The translations under genes and the position numbers were made by a program. This document shows positions 1 through 7,899 of a DNA stretch of 42,349 nucleotides, one piece after another. The notes beneath the pieces were generated by a model that saw only the letters and a program-made list of their open reading frames with translations, searched no databases and had not been told where the DNA came from. Within the stretch, counting starts at the first letter, position 1; each line of letters begins with the position of its first letter. The DNA is taken from UHGV virus genome UHGV-1359500. One strand, 5' to 3'. This stretch comes from a virus.

Positions 1-285
1 GGTGCTAAGGGCATTGCTAAAAAGGTAGCGTATCTTTTTGTGATCGCTGTAGGAATGGTAATTGATTATGTGATCATTCAGACGTCTGGTGTACTGGGAT
101 TTAACCTTCCAAATACCATGCTTTCCTTACTGGTTACGGTATGGTATATGCTGAATGAAGCATTGTCGATCACAGAAAATGCCGGACGCATGGGTGCGCC
201 GGTGCCGGAGTGGCTTATGAAGTACATAGCAGCACTGAAAAATAAGATTGATAGCAGTAGGGAAAATGTAGGTAGTGAAACTTAG
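1..285 (+). CDS. Holin, 3' portion (phage_holin_4_1 / TcdE-like); 5' end lies beyond the window start
   Basis: Frame 1 is open from base 1 with no start codon. The product has a hydrophobic segment followed by SITENAGRMGAPVPEWL, typical of the holin_4_1 family. The N-terminal half of the same family is encoded at 42146-42349 and joins in-frame. Confidence 0.75.
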   Translation, partial: GAKGIAKKVAYLFVIAVGMVIDYVIIQTSGVLGFNLPNTMLSLLVTVWYMLNEALSITENAGRMGAPVPEWLMKYIAALKNKIDSSRENVGSET

Positions 286-404
286 AATGGAGGTGATCCA
301 TACATCTCCCGCAGGCAGCCCGGGTTATGGCTGCCATTTGCGACGTCGCAACGGGCAGACGTAGTTCAGCCCTACATATTATTAAAGGAAAGAGGACAAA
401 AAAT

Positions 405-674
405 ATGGGAAGCAAGGAATTTATTACATTATGTAAAAAGCATGTGATGAATTATTTCAACGAGAATGCGGACAAGACTGATCAGAAACGAATTTGTGAA
501 GATGATATTTTTGTTGTTTGGTCCTGCAAGACACTTCAAAACCATAAAGCTTTGCTTAGCACTACTGTTTCAGACGGTATGTACTATGAATTGACCTATA
601 ACGGTGATAAGCGTGAGATGTACTTTGATGCTTATAAAAAGTGGCAGAACATCTGCTTTGAAGTAAAGGAGTGA
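405..674 (+). CDS. Hypothetical protein in lysis cassette (between holin and endolysin)
   Basis: ATG at 405 preceded by GGAAAGAGG. It is co-oriented with holin and endolysin, and there is a 4-nt gap before the endolysin RBS. Confidence 0.5.
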   Translation: MGSKEFITLCKKHVMNYFNENADKTDQKRICEDDIFVVWSCKTLQNHKALLSTTVSDGMYYELTYNGDKREMYFDAYKKWQNICFEVKE

Positions 675-678
675 TACC

Positions 679-1473
679 ATGAGAGACATTACCTTATGTC
701 ACCCGCGGCTCCAGCGTATCGCAGCCGCCTGGCTCAAAGCCTGCGCCGCCGAAGGCATTACCGTAGCCATTAGTGAGACTTTGCGTACTGCAGCAGAGCA
801 GGATGCCCTGTATGCCCAAGGGCGAACTAAACCGGGAAACATTGTAACCAATGCAAAAGGCAGTTCTTACAAGTCACAGCACCAGTGGGGAATTGCCTTT
901 GATTTTTATCTGAAAATGGATGTAGACGGAGACGGCAAGATCTCCGATGATGCTTACAATGACGGTAAAGGGTATTTTGAAAAAGCTGCAGAGATTGGCA
1001 AAAAGCTGGGACTTGCCTGGGGTGGAGACTGGTCCAGCATTGTAGATAAGCCACATTTGTATCTGCCCGACTGGGGAAGCACACCAACGCCACTTATCCA
1101 ACAGTTCGGAACTCCCGAACAGTTCATGAAGACTTGGGTACCAGAGCAGGTAAAGACCGACTGGCAGCAGGAAAATGGAGGCTGGCGCTTCTATTTAAAA
1201 GACGGCTCAGGAAAATATGTTTCTAATGATTGGTACAAGGATGGAGACAAATGGTACTGGTTTAACGGCGCCGGCATGATGGTCCATGACACTTGGTACC
1301 AGTACAAAGGCTCTTGGTATTACCTTGGCTCTGACGGTGCTATGCTTAAAGGCTTGCAGACCATAAATGGCAAGTGGTACTACCTGGATCAGGACGGTCG
1401 CATGGCAACTGAACCAGTAGTCCTTACTCCTGATCAGGACGGCGCCCTACATTATCCGGGGCTTGCAAAATAA
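679..1473 (+). CDS. Endolysin: peptidase M15 (VanY/L-Ala-D-Glu peptidase-like) N-domain plus C-terminal choline-binding-type (CW_binding_1) repeats
   Basis: The N-terminal region resembles M15/VanY-type peptidases. The C-terminus has aromatic-rich repeats (GWRFYLKDGSGKYVSNDWYKDGDKWYWFNGAGMMV..WYYLGSDGAM..WYYLDQDGRM). It sits directly after the holin. Confidence 0.8.
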   Translation: MRDITLCHPRLQRIAAAWLKACAAEGITVAISETLRTAAEQDALYAQGRTKPGNIVTNAKGSSYKSQHQWGIAFDFYLKMDVDGDGKISDDAYNDGKGYFEKAAEIGKKLGLAWGGDWSSIVDKPHLYLPDWGSTPTPLIQQFGTPEQFMKTWVPEQVKTDWQQENGGWRFYLKDGSGKYVSNDWYKDGDKWYWFNGAGMMVHDTWYQYKGSWYYLGSDGAMLKGLQTINGKWYYLDQDGRMATEPVVLTPDQDGALHYPGLAK

Positions 1474-1509
1474 TATAAATCCTCTTAAAAACTTTAGGTT
1501 CATTTTGCC

Positions 1510-1533
1510 CTATTGGTCACAATAAAGTCACAA
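1510..1533. repeat. 24-bp direct repeat copy 1 (CTATTGGTCACAATAAAGTCACAA); candidate att core or integrase arm site
   Basis: Exact 24/24 identity with 1719-1742. Lies 37 bp after the endolysin stop. Confidence 0.6.
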
Positions 1534-1630
1534 GCAAAAACAAGAAATCCAGTAAATACAAGGCTTTTTAATGATACAAACCTTAATGAATTTTAAAAAC
1601 TTTACTGTTTTGAAGTAAACGGAATTGAAT

Positions 1631-1668
1631 GGAAACCGCGTAAAAAGCAAGGTTTTATGCGGTTTTCC
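1631..1668. other. Long imperfect hairpin (GGAAACCGCGTAAAA...TTTTATGCGGTTTTCC) between the two 24-bp repeats
   Basis: About 15 bp of pairing with a 7-nt loop. No T-run follows on either strand, so it is not a canonical terminator. Possibly part of the att/integration region. Confidence 0.4.
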
Positions 1669-1718
1669 TCAATATCCGGTCTTTAGAACTCTTTAGAAAA
1701 AATAAGTATTCTTGGGGT

Positions 1719-1742
1719 CTATTGGTCACAATAAAGTCACAA
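1719..1742. repeat. 24-bp direct repeat copy 2; overlaps the last codons and stop of the integrase gene
   Basis: Exact copy of 1510-1533. An attP core overlapping the int 3' end is a common arrangement. Confidence 0.6.
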
Positions 1743-2871
1743 AACATTCTTTATCAATTTTTTCAATTTCTATTTTCAAATCTTTTAAATCACGGTGGCC
1801 GTAAACACGGTTTGTTACATCAGTACTAAAAGAATGTCCAAGCATGCGCTTTCGGTCATTCTCATTTACATGGCTATCTTCACAAAGTTTGGAAAAAGTG
1901 TGTCTGCAATCATGAGGAGTATGTTTTTCTATTCCAAGCTGCGCTAAAACCTGATACATGTTCTGCCTGAAAGCTGGGGCAGATTGTGATAGAAGGGTGC
2001 CATATAATTTGTACCGGTGCTGTACCAGTGAATAGATCGCAGAATGAATGGGGACGATTCTATTTTTTCCAGCCTTTGTTTTTATTCCACCTTCAAAATA
2101 TCCGTTTTCCAGGTCAATGTGTAATTTTCGTACTTCATTGATACGCCAGCCAGAATAACAGAGTATCAGAAGCAGTTCTACTACATCATTATCAGAATGA
2201 CACCATAAGGTCATCAAGTCTCGTGGTGTGAATGGGATACCATGTTCATCATCCTCATCTTTGTTTATCGTAAGATTACGACTATAATTTTTGTCTGAAA
2301 TATCCATATCAACAGCAAAGTCACACATCTGGCGAAAAAGATTTAAGATTAATTCAATGCTGCTGCGCTTCAGAGGACAGCTGTCAAGAACGGTTTGAAA
2401 ATCAATCGCTCTTAAAGAATTCCAGGGGCGGTCATGCAGAACAGCACTGTTTTTGTAAGCGGCACGCATGGAATCTTTGCTACTTTGTGAGAATGTGCTT
2501 CCTGCATGGTATTTGGAATCATAGAAGAGCTGATAAACATCCGCAAAGGTCTTAGGCTTCTCTGGTGGAACTACACCTTTGATCAGGCTGTAGTCCGCCA
2601 TGAGCTTCTGGGCCAGAGTATCCAGATCCTTTTCGTCTTCAGATAATACTTCCAGATCCTTTTCCATGCCAGGCTTATAAGTACCGGCTTTGTAGGCGGT
2701 CAGTATGATGAAGCCCTTCATCCAGTCATCAACGTAACAGAGGGCTGCAGGGCGGTCACCATCGATATTTGCAGGCGGATGGACTGCATATGGGTTCTTC
2801 CGGTTCTTTCCCAGGTAACGGATGGAGCCGTAGCCATTGGGAAGGCGGCTGTGCTTTTTTCTTCTTGGCAT
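1726..2871 (-). CDS. int: Tyrosine site-specific integrase (phage integrase family)
   Basis: C-terminal catalytic signature RHTFSK...MLGHS...VYGH (R..H..R/H..Y). Has an N-terminal SAM-like domain and an AGGAG RBS 9 nt upstream of the ATG. Lies next to the repressor module. Confidence 0.9.
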   Translation of the reverse strand: MPRRKKHSRLPNGYGSIRYLGKNRKNPYAVHPPANIDGDRPAALCYVDDWMKGFIILTAYKAGTYKPGMEKDLEVLSEDEKDLDTLAQKLMADYSLIKGVVPPEKPKTFADVYQLFYDSKYHAGSTFSQSSKDSMRAAYKNSAVLHDRPWNSLRAIDFQTVLDSCPLKRSSIELILNLFRQMCDFAVDMDISDKNYSRNLTINKDEDDEHGIPFTPRDLMTLWCHSDNDVVELLLILCYSGWRINEVRKLHIDLENGYFEGGIKTKAGKNRIVPIHSAIYSLVQHRYKLYGTLLSQSAPAFRQNMYQVLAQLGIEKHTPHDCRHTFSKLCEDSHVNENDRKRMLGHSFSTDVTNRVYGHRDLKDLKIEIEKIDKECFVTLL

Positions 2872-2893
2872 ATATCATTTCTCCTTTGATTGG

Positions 2894-2909
2894 ATTGCGA
2901 CGTCGCAAT
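2894..2909. promoter_or_regulatory. Perfect 16-bp palindrome ATTGCGACGTCGCAAT immediately 5' of the integrase RBS (member of a 4-copy motif family)
   Basis: Read directly from the sequence. Related copies are at 338-351, 15737-15750 and 24411-24424. Confidence 0.6.
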
Positions 2910-3085
2910 GGTGGATTCCTCTGTTTTGAGGTAAAAATGGGTACAAAAAAGACGCCCCTTGCGCAGACGCTCTGGAGATGATATAATTCAGGTGTTGAGA
3001 CTGATTTATATCATGCCGGGAGACTGGCAAGAGAAAATCTATGTAAGAGGCCGTTCCTGTTGGCGCAGGGGCGGTCTTTTACTAT

Positions 3086-3631
3086 TTAATTCAGTAAATC
3101 TGCAATGGTAATAGTTAAGTCTTTGTAGATGCCTACGGTAATTGGCTGCGTGAATGTATAAATAGTAGGCGCGGCATCTTCTTCATAGCGATATACAATA
3201 ACTCTTTCCTTTATTGGGTCTACGATCCAATACTCACGGACACCGGTATCAGAATAAAGAGCATTCTTTTTGCCGTAGTCCATTTTGCTGCTGGAAGGAG
3301 ATACAATCTCTATAATCAGATCAGGGGCTCCATTGCATCCTCGATCAGTGAGCTTATTTGGATCACAGATCACGGAAATATCTGGCTCTACCCAGTCTTT
3401 ATCATCGGCGTCAAGGTTGACAGCGAATGGGGCGGGGTATATTTGGCAGTTGCCATGGTTCTTCTTTATATATTCACGGATAGTTCCGGCCAGTTCCATA
3501 ACAAGCTGTTGGTGGATCCGGCTGGGTGGTGCCATGTCATACAGTTTTCCGTCAATGAGTTCGGCTCTTGTACCTTCTGGCAGGTTCCAGTAGTCTTCAG
3601 ATGTATACTGATCGTTTTTTAACAATGGCAT
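3086..3631 (-). CDS. Uma2-family (DUF820) putative restriction-endonuclease-like protein; moron between int and cI
   Basis: The N-terminal region (YTSEDYWNLPEGTRAELIDGKLYDMAPPSRIHQQL) and the size match Uma2 family proteins. Confidence 0.65.
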   Translation of the reverse strand: MPLLKNDQYTSEDYWNLPEGTRAELIDGKLYDMAPPSRIHQQLVMELAGTIREYIKKNHGNCQIYPAPFAVNLDADDKDWVEPDISVICDPNKLTDRGCNGAPDLIIEIVSPSSSKMDYGKKNALYSDTGVREYWIVDPIKERVIVYRYEEDAAPTIYTFTQPITVGIYKDLTITIADLLN

Positions 3632-3754
3632 GTGAACACTTCCTTTCTTTGCATATCTCTTTGTTTAAAGAAGATATAATGCATATTATTTTGCCGTATG
3701 CTATGATAATTTCAAAAGGTTTTTGTGCTATTCCCTTCGAAAGGCGGTGCTTTT

Positions 3755-3982
3755 ATGAATAAGCATACAATAGGTAACTTAGAAGCAAGGTTTTCATTTA
3801 CTGACCGAGACGGCCACCAGATAAGTGGTAGCTATGCCAAGGAAGACCTTGCTACATTGTTGGAGTATCTTGGAGACTATTTATGGGATATGCATCCTGT
3901 AAATGCAGCTCCGGATCCATGTGGTGGGATCGTGGATACTTTAAAACCAATTACTATAACGATTATGCGCCAAGAGTCCTAA
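3755..3982 (+). CDS. Hypothetical small protein
   Basis: ATG at 3755 with an upstream AAGGCGG. The stop lies in the loop of a strong hairpin/T-run terminator. Confidence 0.45.
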   Translation: MNKHTIGNLEARFSFTDRDGHQISGSYAKEDLATLLEYLGDYLWDMHPVNAAPDPCGGIVDTLKPITITIMRQES

Positions 3983-3998
3983 TCAGGGGCTCTTTTTA
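3973..3998 (+). terminator. Rho-independent terminator (AGAGTCC-taatca-GGGGCTCT + TTTTTAT)
   Basis: Hairpin followed by a T-run, seen directly in the sequence. Confidence 0.55.
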
Positions 3999-4003
3999 TA
4001 TTC

Positions 4004-4744
4004 TTATTTAACTTTTCCTATTACTTTTCCCATACAGACGATATTATCATCACTATGAATAGCAATATTTTTGAAATCTTTATTATGGGAGATTAATTCT
4101 TTTTCACCTAATTCTTTTATAAAAGCATTTCCGTTTATTACAAATACCCCGATATCACCTAATTGCATTTCGGCATCCTGGTTCACCAGGGCAATATCTT
4201 TATCAGAAAATTCAGGCTCCATACTCTGACCATTAACATCAATGGCAAAGTCGGCAGCGGCATATTCCGAGAGGTTCGGAAGTTCTATTTCATCTTCGGC
4301 TTCATTTCCAAGAATGAATATTCCAGATCCAGCAGAGACACCGGCACGGAAATAAGGAAGAACGATGATCTTGCTGTCTGGACGTGACTGGTATTCTACG
4401 ATAGTCGGAGCTGTAAGTGGGCCGTATTCTTTTATGCGGGCGGTTTCTGTATCTAGTATTAAATTTATGAGTTTTCGTCCGTAATCATCAAGGGCACGAT
4501 ATTTTTTTACCATATTAAATTCAGGAATAGTTATACCGTCATCAGGTACGATAGGTTGAAGAAAATAGGAAGCTCTTACCTTTAACGCACCGCAGATATA
4601 AGAAAGCATATCTAAATCTGGTTTGCTAACACCTTTTTCCCAATTACTAATAGTTGTATTTGTAGTACCCAGTATTTTGGCAAGTTCAGATTGTTTTAAA
4701 CCAGCATCGTTACGAGCTTGTTTTAGTTTTTCACCGAATGTCAT
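4004..4744 (-). CDS. cI: CI-like phage repressor: N-terminal XRE-family HTH plus C-terminal LexA/S24 peptidase autocleavage domain
   Basis: HTH region QSELAKILGTTNTTISNWEKG. The S24 region has the Ser motif (NGQSMEP) and a downstream Lys (FIKELG). The gene is divergent from cro. Confidence 0.9.
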   Translation of the reverse strand: MTFGEKLKQARNDAGLKQSELAKILGTTNTTISNWEKGVSKPDLDMLSYICGALKVRASYFLQPIVPDDGITIPEFNMVKKYRALDDYGRKLINLILDTETARIKEYGPLTAPTIVEYQSRPDSKIIVLPYFRAGVSAGSGIFILGNEAEDEIELPNLSEYAAADFAIDVNGQSMEPEFSDKDIALVNQDAEMQLGDIGVFVINGNAFIKELGEKELISHNKDFKNIAIHSDDNIVCMGKVIGKVK

Positions 4745-4836
4745 GTGTGTACCTCCTTATATGAGAATACTACAATATTATTTGGAAAATGTAAATAGGC
4801 ATTCCAATTATTTTGAAATTTATTTGGAGAAACATA

Positions 4837-4865
4837 TTGACATTCCAAGAAAATAGAATTAATAT
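4837..4865 (+). promoter_or_regulatory. Sigma-70-type promoter for cro (PR-like): TTGACA -35, 17-bp spacer, TAATAT -10
   Basis: Consensus-like hexamers with optimal spacing, upstream of the cro RBS. Confidence 0.6.
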
Positions 4866-4874
4866 AGCAATATA

Positions 4875-4891
4875 TTCCAAGATAATTGGAA
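4875..4891. promoter_or_regulatory. Palindromic operator TTCCAA-N5-TTGGAA between the cro promoter -10 and the RBS; related ATTCCAA half-sites at 4801-4807 and 4842-4848
   Basis: Perfect 6-5-6 inverted repeat, with the half-site reiterated three times in the cI-cro intergenic region. Confidence 0.5.
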
Positions 4892-4899
4892 ACGAGGTG

Positions 4900-5124
4900 A
4901 TGAAATTGAAAGAATGCTTGGAAATAAAAAAATACTTAGAGGAAAATGGAATTTCTCAGGCGCATGTAGGAAAAAGAGCGGGACTTAATCTAGCAAAGCT
5001 TAACCTGGCTTTAAATGGAAATCGAAAGCTTACTTTAGAAGAATATGCTCTGATTTGTGGTGTGCTTGGAGTTAATACAGATTTCTTCTTAAAGCCCAGA
5101 CTGCCAGATAAGGAGGTGAAGTAA
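4900..5124 (+). CDS. cro: Cro-like XRE-family HTH regulator
   Basis: ATG at 4900 with GAGGTG 5 nt upstream. HTH region ISQAHVGKRAGLNLAKLNLALNG. Divergent from cI. Confidence 0.8.
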   Translation: MKLKECLEIKKYLEENGISQAHVGKRAGLNLAKLNLALNGNRKLTLEEYALICGVLGVNTDFFLKPRLPDKEVK

Positions 5125-5424
5125 ATGGGAAAAAAAAAGAACCCACACTTTCCGGACTGGAAAATATGGATTCTCACTTCATTGGTAGTTAGTCAGATTC
5201 TGACGGCTGTTCAGATTCGTCAGGCGAATGAGGAGTTGTGGAAGGCTGTGATTCAGCAGGATGAGGCTCTGGTTCAGTTGGGGCAGGAGTTGGTTCAGCA
5301 GAAACAGGAACTGGTTCAACTTGGTCAGCGTTTGATTGAGCATCAACAGAACGACATTTTGCATAAGACGACATTGAATCAACTTCTGGAGAATTGGAAT
5401 CAGAATCCAACTTGTAGTAAATAG
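5125..5424 (+). CDS. Possible small membrane/coiled-coil protein; overlaps the antisense 370-aa ORF, so may be spurious
   Basis: Very strong SD (AAGGAGGTGA) and an ATG immediately after the cro stop. One predicted TM segment followed by an ELVQ-type heptad repeat. Most of it (5189-5424) is antisense to a longer ORF. Confidence 0.3.
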   Translation: MGKKKNPHFPDWKIWILTSLVVSQILTAVQIRQANEELWKAVIQQDEALVQLGQELVQQKQELVQLGQRLIEHQQNDILHKTTLNQLLENWNQNPTCSK

Positions 5425-6301
5425 CTTCCAATGTTTCAAGACCTTTTAAACAAGCTTCGTACTGTTTTTGCTGAATTTCAATAATCTCATCATTCTGCCG
5501 TATAGTGCGATCATTTTGCTCAATGATGGTTTTGTTTTGTTCAATGATGAGTTCGTTCTGCTGAATAAGTTTGGCATCATTTTCCATTTCTTCCTTGTGG
5601 TATTGCTCCTGCCAAGCGGCGGGAGAAAGGCTCATGATATATGAGGCAATCCAAAGTATTAAGGGAAATAAGATGGATCCAATTAAAAACTGAGTTTGTG
5701 CTGGTGATAATTTAATTATAGCTCCGCGATGGGTTGGTGGGTTTGATTTTTCATCATACTCAAAATCATTAGGAATCAGTTCTGCAGGAACTTCAACATA
5801 TTTTGGGGCTATCCGTATGGCATCGAGCGCTGAAATTAAAGGTTCAAAGCCGGCAGATAACTGAGCGTTAATATCAGCGGTGAACTGAAGCCCAAGTGAT
5901 TTGGTGATGGACGAAAACTCATCTCTGATGGCGACAGTGGCAGAAGATTGAATCAGATTCGCAAACTCTGTACCGTAAGTTTTGGAAAATGAATTGACCA
6001 GATCATGCAGTGGTGATTTAAAAGCATCAGCAATTAAACTGCTGTAAATATTCTGTTGCTGCCTGGCCATTTCGCTAATCGGAGAAGAGAAAAGCGTTCC
6101 GATTTTTTCGGATTGAACGCGAAACTGCTCAAAAGGAAGAACGGATTTCTCAAAGGCAGCAAGTGGCTGTGCAAAAGAGTGAAGAAGAGCCTGTTGCTGT
6201 GTAACAGTATCAATAAGTGGTGATGTGTAAAGCTTTTCTATTTGCTCTAACTGTGCATGAAATTGTTCAAAGGGAAATTTGAAATTGTCTTTTTTATTCA
6301 T
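5189..6301 (-). CDS. Hypothetical 370-aa protein: two tandem ~40-aa FEQF-motif repeats, one TM helix, coiled-coil with IIEQN repeats, Pro/Glu/Ser-rich acidic tail
   Basis: 1.1-kb open frame with GAGGAA 7 nt before the ATG. No family recognised. First gene of the antisense cargo island. Confidence 0.6.
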   Translation of the reverse strand: MNKKDNFKFPFEQFHAQLEQIEKLYTSPLIDTVTQQQALLHSFAQPLAAFEKSVLPFEQFRVQSEKIGTLFSSPISEMARQQQNIYSSLIADAFKSPLHDLVNSFSKTYGTEFANLIQSSATVAIRDEFSSITKSLGLQFTADINAQLSAGFEPLISALDAIRIAPKYVEVPAELIPNDFEYDEKSNPPTHRGAIIKLSPAQTQFLIGSILFPLILWIASYIMSLSPAAWQEQYHKEEMENDAKLIQQNELIIEQNKTIIEQNDRTIRQNDEIIEIQQKQYEACLKGLETLEAIYYKLDSDSNSPEVDSMSSYAKCRSVDAQSNADQVEPVPVSAEPTPAPTEPEPHPAESQPSTTPHSPDESEQPSESD

Positions 6302-6454
6302 GTAAATTCCTCAGCAATGGTTAAAAGTTCCATATCTATTTTACTGAGAATGAATTGGGAAAGCAATATTTTTATTTCGAAAAGTCAATAGCTTGAAATA
6401 GTTGCAGATTCGATGTTAAATCGAAGACCTATTGGAGAAGGAGGTGAGAGAAAA

Positions 6455-6610
6455 ATGAGAGATGCTGTTGCGTTTCTGCTTGGAATTGCCGCAGGAATTG
6501 CAGGGTACAGGGTTTACATTATTAACCTAATACATAGGTATCCCCATACTGCCTGCGATTACTGCAAATTTACGCATGAACAAAAGAAATTATGGTCATT
6601 TAAGAAGTGA
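6455..6610 (+). CDS. Small (51 aa) single-TM peptide
   Basis: AGGAGG 10 nt upstream of the ATG. Hydrophobic core AVAFLLGIAAGIAGYRVYII. Confidence 0.4.
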   Translation: MRDAVAFLLGIAAGIAGYRVYIINLIHRYPHTACDYCKFTHEQKKLWSFKK

Positions 6611-6707
6611 TTATTTTTTCTTCGGTGGCGGACATGTTTGGGACAGATGTGGATTACTTATTAATAGGTGCATCTGGTGTATTAGGTGAGAAAGGAGCGT
6701 GAGAAGA

Positions 6708-6860
6708 ATGGAATTATCGGAATGCATACGTCGGAAGTTAAAAAAGAATTGCCGATACAACGAGAAGTCATATCGGCTTTTGATCAGCGGTTTACTCGGT
6801 TGGAGCATATCATTATTGATGCTTACTATTCGATTACTGCAGTTTTATGTGTTTAATTAA
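6708..6860 (+). CDS. Small (50 aa) basic peptide with C-terminal TM segment
   Basis: AAAGGAG 9 nt upstream. Basic N-terminal region (RRKLKKNCRYNEKSYR) then hydrophobic LLISGLLGWSISLLMLTI. Confidence 0.35.
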   Translation: MELSECIRRKLKKNCRYNEKSYRLLISGLLGWSISLLMLTIRLLQFYVFN

Positions 6861-7224
6861 CCCTTTTAGCAAGATCACCAATTTGAGGATTATCGAAAGG
6901 ACGCTGGTTTTCATTGGAATCCGTTGTCTCAATGTATTCTGAGAAAGGAATCATTGGATTACGGCGAATGGTTTTGATAGGAGACTTGTCATAAATACAT
7001 GACTCAATGGTACTGATTTTAGGTTGTACATGAGTGATTATCCCAGTCCCTTTAACAAGTTCAAGGAAACCTAAGGATTCTTTTGTGTCAGGATCAAAGA
7101 TTTCTTCATTGCTTACTTCATAAATAAGATATTTTTGGCCTTCTGTGGCACCGTCATCAGATCCAATGTTAAGAACAAGTTTGTAATCATCAATTACATT
7201 CACAACTTTAATGGTCGTTTTCAT
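6853..7224 (-). CDS. Hypothetical 123-aa soluble protein; second gene of a two-gene antisense operon
   Basis: Overlaps the upstream gene by 17 nt (translational coupling). No family recognised; N-terminal beta-rich region VVNVIDDYKLVLNIGSDDG...GQKYLIYEV. Confidence 0.65.
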   Translation of the reverse strand: MKTTIKVVNVIDDYKLVLNIGSDDGATEGQKYLIYEVSNEEIFDPDTKESLGFLELVKGTGIITHVQPKISTIESCIYDKSPIKTIRRNPMIPFSEYIETTDSNENQRPFDNPQIGDLAKRVN

Positions 7225-7723
7225 AATTTACCTCCAGGTTTAAATTCGTTATGGTTTCAGCTGTTTCGATAGTTATAGTGGGTTTAATTATTATGGAACT
7301 CAAATGATTGGAAATGAGAGAAAAGTGATCCTCTTTCTTTTCATCGTTTGAGAATAAGATGATTTGGGCGAGGCCATTGTTGGTAATAGTCTCGACATAT
7401 CCATAAGTTATTAGTTCCTCATATCCATCAATATTCTCGAAAAATGAAACAACTGAATGATGACTTAAAAATGGACACGGTTTACAGAGGCAACGATTAT
7501 TAGTACATTTAACGATTTCAATAGTGTATGTAAGAGCAACTTGCCGCAAATCGTTATACAGTTTGTAGGAAAGCCAGGCGAAGAGAAAGGCTAGAAAAAC
7601 CACAATGATAAATGCAATATATGGAACACTATCGTGAGGGTTGAAGTAATACATTGCAAAGGCTGGAAGTAATGCTAAAGCAAAAGAAACATAATTGCTC
7701 CAGTCACAAAAATATTTTTTCAT
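7208..7723 (-). CDS. Hypothetical membrane protein (2 predicted TM helices) with Cys cluster C-x4-C-x-C-x2-C
   Basis: Start taken at the internal ATG (7723) preceded by GGTGGTGA. The longer upstream extension to 7882 lacks an RBS and overlaps a repeat. Confidence 0.6.
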   Translation of the reverse strand: MKKYFCDWSNYVSFALALLPAFAMYYFNPHDSVPYIAFIIVVFLAFLFAWLSYKLYNDLRQVALTYTIEIVKCTNNRCLCKPCPFLSHHSVVSFFENIDGYEELITYGYVETITNNGLAQIILFSNDEKKEDHFSLISNHLSSIIIKPTITIETAETITNLNLEVNYENDH

Positions 7724-7807
7724 GAAATCACCACCGTTTCTTATTGGTAAGTGTAAAAAGTATAACATACATAAAACAAAAATACCAGTGTATGGGATAG
7801 ATGGGGG

Positions 7808-7837
7808 TACCCATTGAGAAGCTGTTGGAGTAGGAGG
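7808..7837. repeat. 30-bp direct repeat copy 1 (TACCCATTGAGAAGCTGTTGGAGTAGGAGG)
   Basis: 30/30 identical to 8365-8394. Contains an orphan SD-like GGAGG. Confidence 0.7.
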
Positions 7838-7899
7838 CGAGGAAAACGAATAGAACAAATGGTGTAAAAGAACAAATTTCAAATCAAAAGTTGATTCAG

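Noticed and set aside
1631-1668. Long hairpin after the endolysin, considered as a rho-independent terminator
   Set aside because: No T-run follows on either strand. More likely a structural element of the att region.
3285-3593. Plus-strand 102-aa ORF inside the Uma2 gene, and similar antisense ORFs overlapping well-supported long genes (827-1101, 10888-11157, 11823-12194, 12267-12611, 19676-20150, 22461-22971, 27485-28069, 28053-28562, 30767-31045, 32038-32454, 38355-38803, 39178-39733, 39844-40224, 40934-41329)
   Set aside because: Each is antisense or out of frame within a longer ORF that has recognisable homology or synteny and an RBS. None has an RBS, and all show biased composition.
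7726-7882. N-terminal 53-codon extension of ORF 7208-7882
   Set aside because: No RBS at 7882. The extension runs through the 30-bp repeat, whereas the internal ATG (7723) has a GGTGGTGA SD.
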